From Clostridium sp. 26_21 (lineage in GTDB: Bacteria; Bacillota; Clostridia; TANB77; CAG-508), in NCBI GenBank assembly GCA_001915995.1, contig MNRO01000021.1, forward strand, positions 93,759 to 157,758: DNA of 64,000 bases, written 5' to 3'. The notes beneath the pieces are model-generated. The model ran no database searches and was not told the DNA's origin. It saw only the letters and a program-made list of their open reading frames with translations. Numbering within the stretch: position 1 is the first letter of the stretch; every line of letters begins with the position of its first letter. Positions 44,365 through 52,846 of the stretch are shown piece by piece. Position numbers and translations under genes: made by a program.

Positions 44365-44511
44365 TTACATTATTCCCATCTTTTTAACAAATTTTTTGCC
44401 TTTTTTCATCATTTTATTTGTATTAAACATATTGTCACTTTGCCATAACATAACCATTCCTGTTGTTACTAATCCACCAATCACTAAACCTTTAACAAAT
44501 TTCATATCCAT
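44365..44511 (-). CDS. small membrane peptide, 48 aa (not in the ORF track)
   Basis: Encodes MDMKFVKGLVIGGLVTTGMVMLWQSDNMFNTNKMMKKGKKFVKKMGIM. It has a weak SD (AAGGGA). The downstream hairpin ggcagga/tcctgtc is followed by a T-run. Confidence 0.35.
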   Translation of the reverse strand: MDMKFVKGLVIGGLVTTGMVMLWQSDNMFNTNKMMKKGKKFVKKMGIM

Positions 44512-44634
44512 TTCAATCCCTTCTTTACAACTATTATTAGATTTTTAATCTTTTAATAGTATCTCATTTTTGTTGGTTATTTATTCATTAATAATAGATT
44601 TGTTAAATTAAAAATTTTTATTAGAACTAAAAAA

Positions 44635-46347
44635 CTACATTTCAATTCCTTGATTTCTCTTCTTATTTTGCTGATTCATAAATCTTATTTGTGCTTCAGT
44701 AGTTTCTCTTATATGTTGCTCAATAAATCTTTTTTCTTCTTCTGTTAAGAATGCTCCTGAATTTTGTTTTTGTAATAGTTTTCTTACTTTTACATTATTA
44801 GTCATTTCTTCTGTTTGTTGTTGTGTTTCTGATTTTGTAATTCTACTTTGTGAAATTGACCTCTTAACATTAATCATTGTTGTCATTCTATCAGTCATAC
44901 TTCTTCCTGCTTTTCTTTGTTTATTATCTAATGGTTCTGAATTCTTCTTAGCTCTTTCTGCAAAACTTTTATGTTCTCTTCTTTCTGATGTTTCTTGTGA
45001 CATAACATGTTCTTGTTTCAATTCTTGTCCTATTGGAATCTTCTCTTTAGAATTTGTTGATGTTGATATTGTTCCAGTATCAGAAATCGTCATATCTTCT
45101 AATAAAGCATTAATATCTCCATTATATTTTTCTTGCCCCACAGACATTACTACTTCTTCAATAAATTGCTTAGCAGGAATTTCTCCTCCATTACTTTTTA
45201 ATATAAATTTTCCACTACTTGGAATATGTGGTGCAACTACTTCTTGTATATATTGTTTGACTGGTATTTCTACACCATTTGGCAATTTAATTTTTTGCTT
45301 TAAAATGTCTTGATTTATCATTTTAACAATGTCAACATTGTTTATAGTAGTTTCATCTTTTGCTTCATCAGTCCCTTTTTTCTCTTCTTGTTTTTGTTGA
45401 TCACTTTTCTGCATATTTTCTATTTCCCTTTCTTCAAAATTTTTTTCAATAGTTTTTATTGCATCTAATAAGTACTCTTTAGTATTTACTCCATTTTTAT
45501 AATCAACAATTACCATTTTCTCAATTATTTTTACTAATCTACTTTTCTCTGTTTCAAATTCCTCTTTAGAACTACAAAAACTCAATGTATATTCTATACA
45601 CCCTTTAAATAAATCTTTATTCATCTTATTAAAAGAATCATTTGGTAATAATTCAATTAAATTATTTGAAGATATTGTAGATTGTCTTTTATCAAATTCT
45701 GATAAAAAATCTCTAAAATCTTTTTCATCTGTTGAGAAATATGCTCTAATTAATGAATAGTTTTTATCACTAACTAATATATCTGCTAAAAATACTTGAT
45801 AAGCATAAGCATTTCGTAATGTTGATACATTATCTAATTTTTGTGCTAATAGCTCTGTAATTCCTTCATTCAAACCACTTGCCATCATAGAACTATCAAC
45901 TAATTTATCTTCTTTATTATACCCACCTATTACTACTCCAGATTTATCATATCCTATACCATCTTCGTTAAATTCCATATTTAATACCCCAGAAAAATAA
46001 TGAAACAACTCATGTTTTATAGTATGGTCTGAATTTGTATCACTAGTATAAATAGCATTCTCAAACTCCCACTTTTCTTTATCATATTCTTGTTTCTTAT
46101 GAGTAACAAATGATGCAGCACCTGAACTTGTATTAATTTCTTTTTTTTCTCCGTTATATTCAACAAAATGAGATTCATTTGAATTACGTTCTACAAAAGC
46201 AATCTTTACAGCTTTATCTTGTAAAAACTTTCTATCTACTTCATATTTATTAACCAAAAACTCTATTACTTCTTCCAGTAATAATTGCATCCTCATTTCT
46301 CTTGATTTATCTTCTATTTGTTCCAAATTTCTATTATATAATTTCAT
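44635..46347 (-). CDS. large cytoplasmic protein with an HExxH (zincin-like) motif and a charged coiled-coil C-terminal half, hypothetical
   Basis: HTIKHELFHYFSG (HELFH at nt 46000-46014), followed by GLNEGITELLA. There is an internal tandem repeat G(V/G)EIP(V/A)KQ(Y/F)I(Q/E)EVV. No signal peptide or TM helix. Confidence 0.6.
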   Translation of the reverse strand: MKLYNRNLEQIEDKSREMRMQLLLEEVIEFLVNKYEVDRKFLQDKAVKIAFVERNSNESHFVEYNGEKKEINTSSGAASFVTHKKQEYDKEKWEFENAIYTSDTNSDHTIKHELFHYFSGVLNMEFNEDGIGYDKSGVVIGGYNKEDKLVDSSMMASGLNEGITELLAQKLDNVSTLRNAYAYQVFLADILVSDKNYSLIRAYFSTDEKDFRDFLSEFDKRQSTISSNNLIELLPNDSFNKMNKDLFKGCIEYTLSFCSSKEEFETEKSRLVKIIEKMVIVDYKNGVNTKEYLLDAIKTIEKNFEEREIENMQKSDQQKQEEKKGTDEAKDETTINNVDIVKMINQDILKQKIKLPNGVEIPVKQYIQEVVAPHIPSSGKFILKSNGGEIPAKQFIEEVVMSVGQEKYNGDINALLEDMTISDTGTISTSTNSKEKIPIGQELKQEHVMSQETSERREHKSFAERAKKNSEPLDNKQRKAGRSMTDRMTTMINVKRSISQSRITKSETQQQTEEMTNNVKVRKLLQKQNSGAFLTEEEKRFIEQHIRETTEAQIRFMNQQNKKRNQGIEM

Positions 46348-46354
46348 AAAACTC

Positions 46355-46798
46355 CTACTTTCTTTTGAAAAAATTTATAATTCTCTCAAATACTCTTTTC
46401 AACATATTTGTTTTTTTATATTCAATAAGTGATGTGTTTTCTTCTTTTAATATTTTAATTTGCTTTTCTTTCTTAAACAAATTATCAGGATTATATTTTT
46501 CTTCTAATTCCTTTTTTTCTTCCTCATTTTTATCTAATTCATCCAAAAAACTCTGTTTCTCCTCTTCATTTTCACACCAATAATTTAAATTTAAAATTGC
46601 TAACAATACCATTGTTTCTCTTTTTAAATTTTGTTCAATTAATGGTTTCTCAATATCAATTTCAGGATGATAATCTTTCATTTTCTCTTCTTTAAAAAAA
46701 TCTCTAACTTTTTTGGGCACTTTTTCTCTATAATCATTTTCTAATAGATTTAATATCTCATCAATCTCAGCATAAGCCAACATATTCTCCATTACCAT
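46355..46798 (-). CDS. small acidic/lysine-rich protein, paralog of 49435-49899 (EKYNPDNLFKK family), hypothetical
   Basis: Shares AY.E..E....., IP.K...FF.E.K...Y, LA.L.LNY, EKYNPDNLFKK and a C-terminal F.(K/R)I.N.FK+K with the ORF at 49435. It lies 7 nt upstream of the 570-aa ORF, so the two probably form an operon. Confidence 0.6.
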   Translation of the reverse strand: MVMENMLAYAEIDEILNLLENDYREKVPKKVRDFFKEEKMKDYHPEIDIEKPLIEQNLKRETMVLLAILNLNYWCENEEEKQSFLDELDKNEEEKKELEEKYNPDNLFKKEKQIKILKEENTSLIEYKKTNMLKRVFERIINFFKRK

Positions 46799-46915
46799 TT
46801 GTATTCCCCCATAATTGCTTTTGTAATTTTATCTTTAAATATTTTATACCACATATAAAGAATTTTTTCAATTTTTATTCAAAATTATTTATAAGCATGT
46901 TTCATCACATTTTCA

Positions 46916-46944
46916 TTGACTTTTTGCCATTTTGCTAGTATAAT
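46916..46944 (+). promoter_or_regulatory. sigma-A promoter of leuS
   Basis: TTGACT (46916-46921), 17-nt spacer, TATAAT (46939-46944). Confidence 0.6.
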
Positions 46945-47016
46945 CGATATGAAATAATTTCGCTCATAAGAATATTTTTTTCTTACAACGAAAAATGAGA
47001 AAGGAATGAATTTTAA

Positions 47017-49413
47017 ATGGCATATAATTTTAAAGAAATAGAAAAAAAATGGCAAAACAAATGGGAAAAAGAAGGAACATTTAATGCTAGCAATGATTAC
47101 ACAAAGAAAAAATGGTATGGATTAATAGAATTCCCTTATCCATCAGGACAAGGTCTACATGTTGGACATCCTCGTAGTTATACAGCACTTGATATAATCG
47201 CAAGAAAAAGAAGATTACAAGGATATAATGTATTATTCCCAATTGGATTTGATGCATTCGGTCTTCCAGCAGAAAATTATGCAATAAAAACAAATGTACA
47301 TCCAAAAATAACAACTGCAAAAAATATTGCACATTTTACAGAACAATTAAAATCTGTTGGTTTTTCATTTGATTGGTCAAGAGTTATTGACACAACAGAC
47401 CCAGAATATTATAAATGGACACAATGGATATTTATTCAATTATATAAACATGGATTAGCTTATAAAGCAACAATGCCAATAAACTTCTGTACAGGATGTA
47501 AAGTTGGATTAGCAAATGAAGAAGTTGTAAATGGTGTTTGTGAAAGATGTGGAAGTCCTGTTGTACAAAAAGAAAAATCACAATGGATGTTAAGAATCAC
47601 AAAATATGCTCAAAGATTAATTGATGATTTAGATGATGTTGATTATCTAGAAAAAATAAAAACACAACAACGTAACTGGATTGGTCGTTCAGAAGGTGCT
47701 GAAGTGAAATTCAAAATTGCAGGTACTGACGAAGCACTAACTGTTTACACAACAAGACCTGATACACTATTTGGTGCTACATATATGGTAGTTGCTCCAG
47801 AACACAAATTAATTGAAGAATTTGCTTCTAAAATAACAAATTTAGATGAAATAAAAGAATATCAAAAACAAGCTGCTTTAAAATCTGATTTTGAACGTGG
47901 TGAAATGAATAAAGACAAAACTGGTGTTGAAATCAAAGGAATTAAAGCAATAAATCCATTAACAAACAAAGAAATTCCTATTTGGGTTGCTGATTATGTA
48001 CTATCATCTTACGGAACTGGTGCTATTATGGCTGTTCCAGCACATGATACAAGAGATTATGAATTTGCTACAAAATTTGGTCTTAATATTATACCTGTTC
48101 TTGAAGGTGGAGATGTTTCAAAAGAAGCATTTACTGGTGATGGTGTACATATAAACTCAGGATTTTTAAATGGTTTAGGATTAGAAGATGCTAAAAATAA
48201 AGTTATAAAATATCTTGAAGATAATAAAATTGGTGAAAGAAAAGTAAATTATAAACTTCGTGATTGGGTATTCTCTCGTCAAAGATATTGGGGTGAACCA
48301 ATTCCAATGGTATATTGTGATGATTGTGGTTGGGTTCCAGTTGATGAAAAAGATTTACCTTTAACACTACCAGATGTAAAAGACTTCTTACCTGGAGAAG
48401 ATGGAGAATCACCTCTTGCAAGACATACAGAATGGATTAACACAACATGTCCACACTGTGGTAAACCTGCAAAAAGAGAAACAGATACAATGCCTCAATG
48501 GGCTGGCTCATCATGGTATTTCTTAAGATACATGGATCCACATAATCATGATGCTCTTGCATCAAAAGAAGCGCTTGAATATTGGTCACCTGTTGACTGG
48601 TATAATGGTGGTATGGAACATACTACACTTCACTTATTATATTCAAGATTCTGGCATAAATTCTTATATGATATTGGAGTTGTTCCAACAAAAGAACCTT
48701 ATGCAAAACGTACATCACATGGTATGATTTTAGGTTCAAATGGAGAAAAAATGTCTAAATCAAAAGGAAATGTTATAAATCCTGATGATATTGTAAATGA
48801 ATTTGGTGCTGATGCTTTTAGAGTTTATGAAATGTTTATGGGACCATTTGATCAAACAGCAAGTTGGTCTATGGATAGTATTAGAGGTTGCTTCAAATTC
48901 CTTGACAGAGTTTGGAACTTACAAGACATTTTAGTCGATGGTGATACATATTCAAAAGAAAATGAAAAAATGATGAATAAAGCTATTAAAAAGGTTTCAC
49001 AAGATATTGAAGAAATGAAATTTAATACATGTGTTTCTACATTTATGACAATGATGAATGAATTTACAAAATTAAAGAAAATTAATAAAGCTGAATTCAA
49101 AACATTTTTAATATTATTAAATCCTTTTGCTCCTCACATAACTGAAGAGTTAAATGAAATTGCTAGATTCGATAATCCTATTTCATCTTGTGATTGGCCT
49201 AAATATGATGAAAGTAAAACAATTGATGACGAAATAGAAATTCCAGTTCAAGTTAATGGTAAATTAAAAACAACTATTACTATTAATTTAGATGAAGATG
49301 AATCTTCTGTTAAAGAAAAAGTTCATTCTGCTTTAGAAGGAAAACTTGATGGAAAGTCTATAGTTAAAGAAATTTATGTAAAAAATAAAATTTTCAATGT
49401 TGTTGTAAAATAA
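47017..49413 (+). CDS. leuS: leucine--tRNA ligase
   Basis: [17 protein letters not shown] (HIGH), the CP1 editing domain, and KMSKSKGN (KMSKS). Confidence 0.95.
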   Translation: MAYNFKEIEKKWQNKWEKEGTFNASNDYTKKKWYGLIEFPYPSGQGLHVGHPRSYTALDIIARKRRLQGYNVLFPIGFDAFGLPAENYAIKTNVHPKITTAKNIAHFTEQLKSVGFSFDWSRVIDTTDPEYYKWTQWIFIQLYKHGLAYKATMPINFCTGCKVGLANEEVVNGVCERCGSPVVQKEKSQWMLRITKYAQRLIDDLDDVDYLEKIKTQQRNWIGRSEGAEVKFKIAGTDEALTVYTTRPDTLFGATYMVVAPEHKLIEEFASKITNLDEIKEYQKQAALKSDFERGEMNKDKTGVEIKGIKAINPLTNKEIPIWVADYVLSSYGTGAIMAVPAHDTRDYEFATKFGLNIIPVLEGGDVSKEAFTGDGVHINSGFLNGLGLEDAKNKVIKYLEDNKIGERKVNYKLRDWVFSRQRYWGEPIPMVYCDDCGWVPVDEKDLPLTLPDVKDFLPGEDGESPLARHTEWINTTCPHCGKPAKRETDTMPQWAGSSWYFLRYMDPHNHDALASKEALEYWSPVDWYNGGMEHTTLHLLYSRFWHKFLYDIGVVPTKEPYAKRTSHGMILGSNGEKMSKSKGNVINPDDIVNEFGADAFRVYEMFMGPFDQTASWSMDSIRGCFKFLDRVWNLQDILVDGDTYSKENEKMMNKAIKKVSQDIEEMKFNTCVSTFMTMMNEFTKLKKINKAEFKTFLILLNPFAPHITEELNEIARFDNPISSCDWPKYDESKTIDDEIEIPVQVNGKLKTTITINLDEDESSVKEKVHSALEGKLDGKSIVKEIYVKNKIFNVVVK

Positions 49414-49416
49414 ATC

Positions 49417-49449
49417 AAAAGAGATGTGATTAAATCACATCTCTTTTTT
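49417..49449. terminator. bidirectional terminator overlapping the 3' end of the convergent 161-aa gene
   Basis: Stem aaagagatgtgatt / aatcacatctcttt (14 bp) followed by T6. Confidence 0.8.
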
Positions 49450-49899
49450 CTTAAATATATTCTTTATTTTTTCAAAGATTTTCTTATACCAAGGTTTATT
49501 TTCTACAACCATCAAACTATGTTGTTCTTCTACCTTTTCTTCCTGCTTATTTTCTTTCTTTTTAAATAAATTATCTGGATTATACTTTTCTCTGAGTTCT
49601 TCTTCATACTTTTTCTCATTTTCTGCTAAAATATTATTTATTTCATTTTTTTCTTGTTCATTTGCAATATAATTTAACATTAACATTGCTAATATACTTC
49701 CAGCTTCTATTGATATTTTTTGATTTTCAATATCTATATTTTCATCAAATTTGAATTGGTAATTTTTATCTTTATGTTCTTCAAAAAATTGTATTAATTT
49801 TTGTGGTATTTTTTTTACTAAATCTGAATCCATATGTTTTATAGTTTCTAATACTTCAACATACGCTCTCTCACTCTCTTTTTTTACTTGTATTTTCAT
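49435..49899 (-). CDS. small acidic/lysine-rich protein, paralog of 46355-46798, hypothetical
   Basis: Contains EKYNPDNLFKK and the other shared blocks. I chose the start at MKIQV because AAAGGAG lies 7 nt upstream. It lies 27 nt downstream of the 463-aa ORF. Confidence 0.6.
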   Translation of the reverse strand: MKIQVKKESERAYVEVLETIKHMDSDLVKKIPQKLIQFFEEHKDKNYQFKFDENIDIENQKISIEAGSILAMLMLNYIANEQEKNEINNILAENEKKYEEELREKYNPDNLFKKKENKQEEKVEEQHSLMVVENKPWYKKIFEKIKNIFKKKEM

Positions 49900-49926
49900 T
49901 ATTTTTCTCCTTTGTCCCATTTAGTA

Positions 49927-51318
49927 TTACATAAAAAAATTCTCAATATCATCTTTTGCAAGTTTTTGAAATTCCTCTCCACTATCAGGAAAATCATATA
50001 AATACTGAGCTTTTTCTTTCATTGAAAGCTTTGAAAATTCATCTAACGTAAGTTTTCCTATTTCTTTTCTAACACTATCTTTTACCTCTTTAGTTTCTTC
50101 AACTACAGATTTTATTGTAGCACCAGACCCTGATATCATCTTTTCTATACCTTTTTCTGTAATTCCTTTTACTTCTCTTTTTTCATTATTTAATTTAATA
50201 TTTCCCATTAGCAAATCTTGTAATTTTTCCTTTGGAAATGACATTCTTACTGTTTCATTTCCATTAATCATAATAATTTCCATGCTATTATCTGGATTTA
50301 TTACTATTTTTCCCCCATCAACTTCAACAAATATTGGCTGTTTTTTCAATTCTTGAGTTGATACTTGTGTTCTTTTTCCATCTTTTGATATTATTGCAGA
50401 TGTCTCTATTCCTAATTCAACAACATCACCATTTTCCAATGTCATTGTTATGTCTTGTGGATTTGTATCTTCTTGCACTTTCTCTTTTAATTTTTCTTCC
50501 AATTCATTACTCTTTTGATGCATTTGAGCAATAGCTTCATTTGCCTTTCTTATTGATTGCTTCGTCATTTCTATATTAAGTCTAGCTTTAATTGGATTAA
50601 TAGCTGCTTCAGTATCTCTTAATACCTGCTTTGCTTCATCTATAACTCTTTTTACATCTTCATCAAGTTGTTCAGCACTTTTTTCTCCTGCTAAATTTTT
50701 ATTCATTGATTCTACTTTACCATCTATTTTTTCTGTAACTGATTCTTTGTCTATTTTGATTCTTTGATAAATTTGAAATTCATATTGTCTTTTTAAATTA
50801 CTTATTATCATGTCCATATCTTCTGGAGATGGTCCTCTCATTGAATTGTATATTCCTAATAAATTATTAACTGTCCTAAAGCTTGATAAATCTGGTGTAT
50901 ATTGATTTTTTAGAACCTTTCCATATGCTTCAAATACCTGCATTAATACATCTGTTAGCTTTTCTTCATAAGAACTTGCTTTTAATTCTTTAGGTATTTG
51001 CTCTATATTATTTTTTACCGCACTTATTTTAGAATCTTGTTGTATCCCTATCTTTGCATATTGTACATAATTTTTGACTGGATTATTTTCTTGTGCCTTT
51101 TTATATAACATTTCTACTTCTTTAGTAAAACTATTTTTAATTTCTTCTATTCCATCATGTAAATTTCTATTTGAGACTCCAATTTGATTCATCTGCATTT
51201 CGAGTTTTCTAAATATATCATCAAATATATTTTTCAATTCTTCACTAGGTATTCCTAATGAATTCAATTGTTCCTCTATTTCTTTTAAGCTTTGTTTTAA
51301 TATATCCTTTTCGTTCAT
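49927..51318 (-). CDS. large cytoplasmic coiled-coil-rich protein, hypothetical (463 aa)
   Basis: Clean ORF with a GGAGG SD. It is K/E-rich with predicted helices, and has no TM helix or motif I recognise. Confidence 0.55.
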   Translation of the reverse strand: MNEKDILKQSLKEIEEQLNSLGIPSEELKNIFDDIFRKLEMQMNQIGVSNRNLHDGIEEIKNSFTKEVEMLYKKAQENNPVKNYVQYAKIGIQQDSKISAVKNNIEQIPKELKASSYEEKLTDVLMQVFEAYGKVLKNQYTPDLSSFRTVNNLLGIYNSMRGPSPEDMDMIISNLKRQYEFQIYQRIKIDKESVTEKIDGKVESMNKNLAGEKSAEQLDEDVKRVIDEAKQVLRDTEAAINPIKARLNIEMTKQSIRKANEAIAQMHQKSNELEEKLKEKVQEDTNPQDITMTLENGDVVELGIETSAIISKDGKRTQVSTQELKKQPIFVEVDGGKIVINPDNSMEIIMINGNETVRMSFPKEKLQDLLMGNIKLNNEKREVKGITEKGIEKMISGSGATIKSVVEETKEVKDSVRKEIGKLTLDEFSKLSMKEKAQYLYDFPDSGEEFQKLAKDDIENFFM

Positions 51319-51339
51319 TTTTCCTCCTCTTAAGTTTCT

Positions 51340-52218
51340 TTATGCTTCTCTTTTCCAATAAAATAAATATTGTTGAGCAATACCAGCTAAATTTCCAAAT
51401 TTTTCATGTGCAAGTTTTTCTAACTCTTTTTTATTAACTTTTGTTTCATCTTCATTTTTTATATAAAGTTCGTTCATAACTCTTCTAACCCACACATCAA
51501 TTGGGAAAACTTCAAACCTTTTTAATGTTGAAAATAATAAAATACAATCTGCCACTTTAGGTCCAACTCCTGATAATGTTAATAATTGTTCTCTAACTTC
51601 CATTGTATTTGGATTATTTTGCATTTTTTCTAAATCTACCTTTTTATCTAATATCATATGTACAGTCTCATATAATCTTATATCTCTAAAACCTGTTCCA
51701 AGTTTCCTATAATCTTCTACTGTTACATCTTTTAATTCTTCTACTGTAGGAAAAGTATAATATTTTTCTCCATTCCATTCTATTTCTTTTCCATATGTTT
51801 TAGATATTCTTTCAATTATTCCTTTTATTCTTGGAATATTATTATTTGCTGAAATAATATAAGATATTATCATTTCCCATAAATCTTGATTTAAAATTCT
51901 AATTCCTTGTCCATATTGTATACTTGTTTTTACATTATCATCTATTTGGGATAAAGTTTCTTTTATTTCTTCATAATTACGATTTAAATCAAAATAATCT
52001 TGTACAATTTCTTTTATATCCCCATTGCATATTCCTTTAAATATTACAGTGTCCCCATTTTTTTGGACATTCATTACATTTTCTTTAAATACTCCTGTAT
52101 AACTTCCATCATCTTGTTTATTCCATCTAAAACATTGGCCACAATCAAATATATCTGCTAATTCAAATGATTTTATATTTTCTATTTTATATTCTTGTTC
52201 TTGCATATTTTCCTCCAC
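51340..52218 (-). CDS. ogg: 8-oxoguanine DNA glycosylase (HhH-GPD family, clostridial Ogg type)
   Basis: FDCGQCFRW in the N-terminal domain, and the HhH-GPD segment LLTLSGVGPKVADCILLF ... FPIDVWV. Confidence 0.75.
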   Translation of the reverse strand: MEENMQEQEYKIENIKSFELADIFDCGQCFRWNKQDDGSYTGVFKENVMNVQKNGDTVIFKGICNGDIKEIVQDYFDLNRNYEEIKETLSQIDDNVKTSIQYGQGIRILNQDLWEMIISYIISANNNIPRIKGIIERISKTYGKEIEWNGEKYYTFPTVEELKDVTVEDYRKLGTGFRDIRLYETVHMILDKKVDLEKMQNNPNTMEVREQLLTLSGVGPKVADCILLFSTLKRFEVFPIDVWVRRVMNELYIKNEDETKVNKKELEKLAHEKFGNLAGIAQQYLFYWKREA

Positions 52219-52345
52219 TTTTATATTTTAGTTCATTTGAATTAATTTTTCAACATCTTCATTGCAAATTTATTAAAAGTCATGTATAATATTATTATCA
52301 CGTATTTAATATTAAATTGAGCTCAATATTTGAGGAGGTTATTTT

Positions 52346-52735
52346 ATGTTGCAACACTTCTTGGTATTCTTTATTACTTTTATCATCCTTTTAATTGCTA
52401 TTATAATCATTACAATAATACTTCCAATGTGGCGGTTTATGGAAAGCGCAGATAATGTAATCCATTTATTTTCTCTCTTAAAAATATTATTAAAATTTGA
52501 TGATTTTCCACAAAAAGGAGAAATAAAAATATCATATGGTAAATGTAAATTAAAATTTGGTAATGTTAATGAAGCTAGCATCGAACTCGAAAAACTAGCT
52601 AAAGAAGCATTAGAATACTATGATAAACTTGGTTGGATTGCTATGACTGATAATTATTTTCAAGTTCAAAAAGACAAGCTAATCAATATATGTTACGAAC
52701 TACGAAAGTTAAGGTGGGAAAATCAAGGAGTTTAA
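52346..52735 (+). CDS. membrane-anchored hypothetical protein (129 aa)
   Basis: GAGGAGG SD, an N-terminal TM helix (FLVFFITFIILLIAIIIITIILPMW), and a terminator downstream. Confidence 0.55.
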   Translation: MLQHFLVFFITFIILLIAIIIITIILPMWRFMESADNVIHLFSLLKILLKFDDFPQKGEIKISYGKCKLKFGNVNEASIELEKLAKEALEYYDKLGWIAMTDNYFQVQKDKLINICYELRKLRWENQGV

Positions 52736-52737
52736 AA

Positions 52738-52768
52738 ACGAATGTGGGAGAATATCCCACATTTTCTT
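52738..52768 (+). terminator. intrinsic terminator
   Basis: Stem aatgtggga / tcccacatt followed by TTTCTTT. Confidence 0.75.
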
Positions 52769-52846
52769 TATGGCTCTATGTCAATAGAATAAGGAATCTA
52801 TAATTATAGACCCCTTATTATCAAAACTAATATTTTTTTCATTTAA

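Noticed and set aside
46945-47016. A possible T-box leader upstream of leuS, and similarly upstream of gltX at 9564-9668.
   Set aside because: The leaders are only about 70-100 nt. They lack a specifier stem and the conserved T-box sequence (AGGGTGGTACCGCG-like), and they have no terminator/antiterminator pair.
52316-52327. A perfect 12-bp palindrome, ATTGAGCTCAAT, between the -10 and the SD of the 129-aa membrane protein gene.
   Set aside because: It is too short to distinguish from chance without a genome-wide count, and I saw no second copy in the window.
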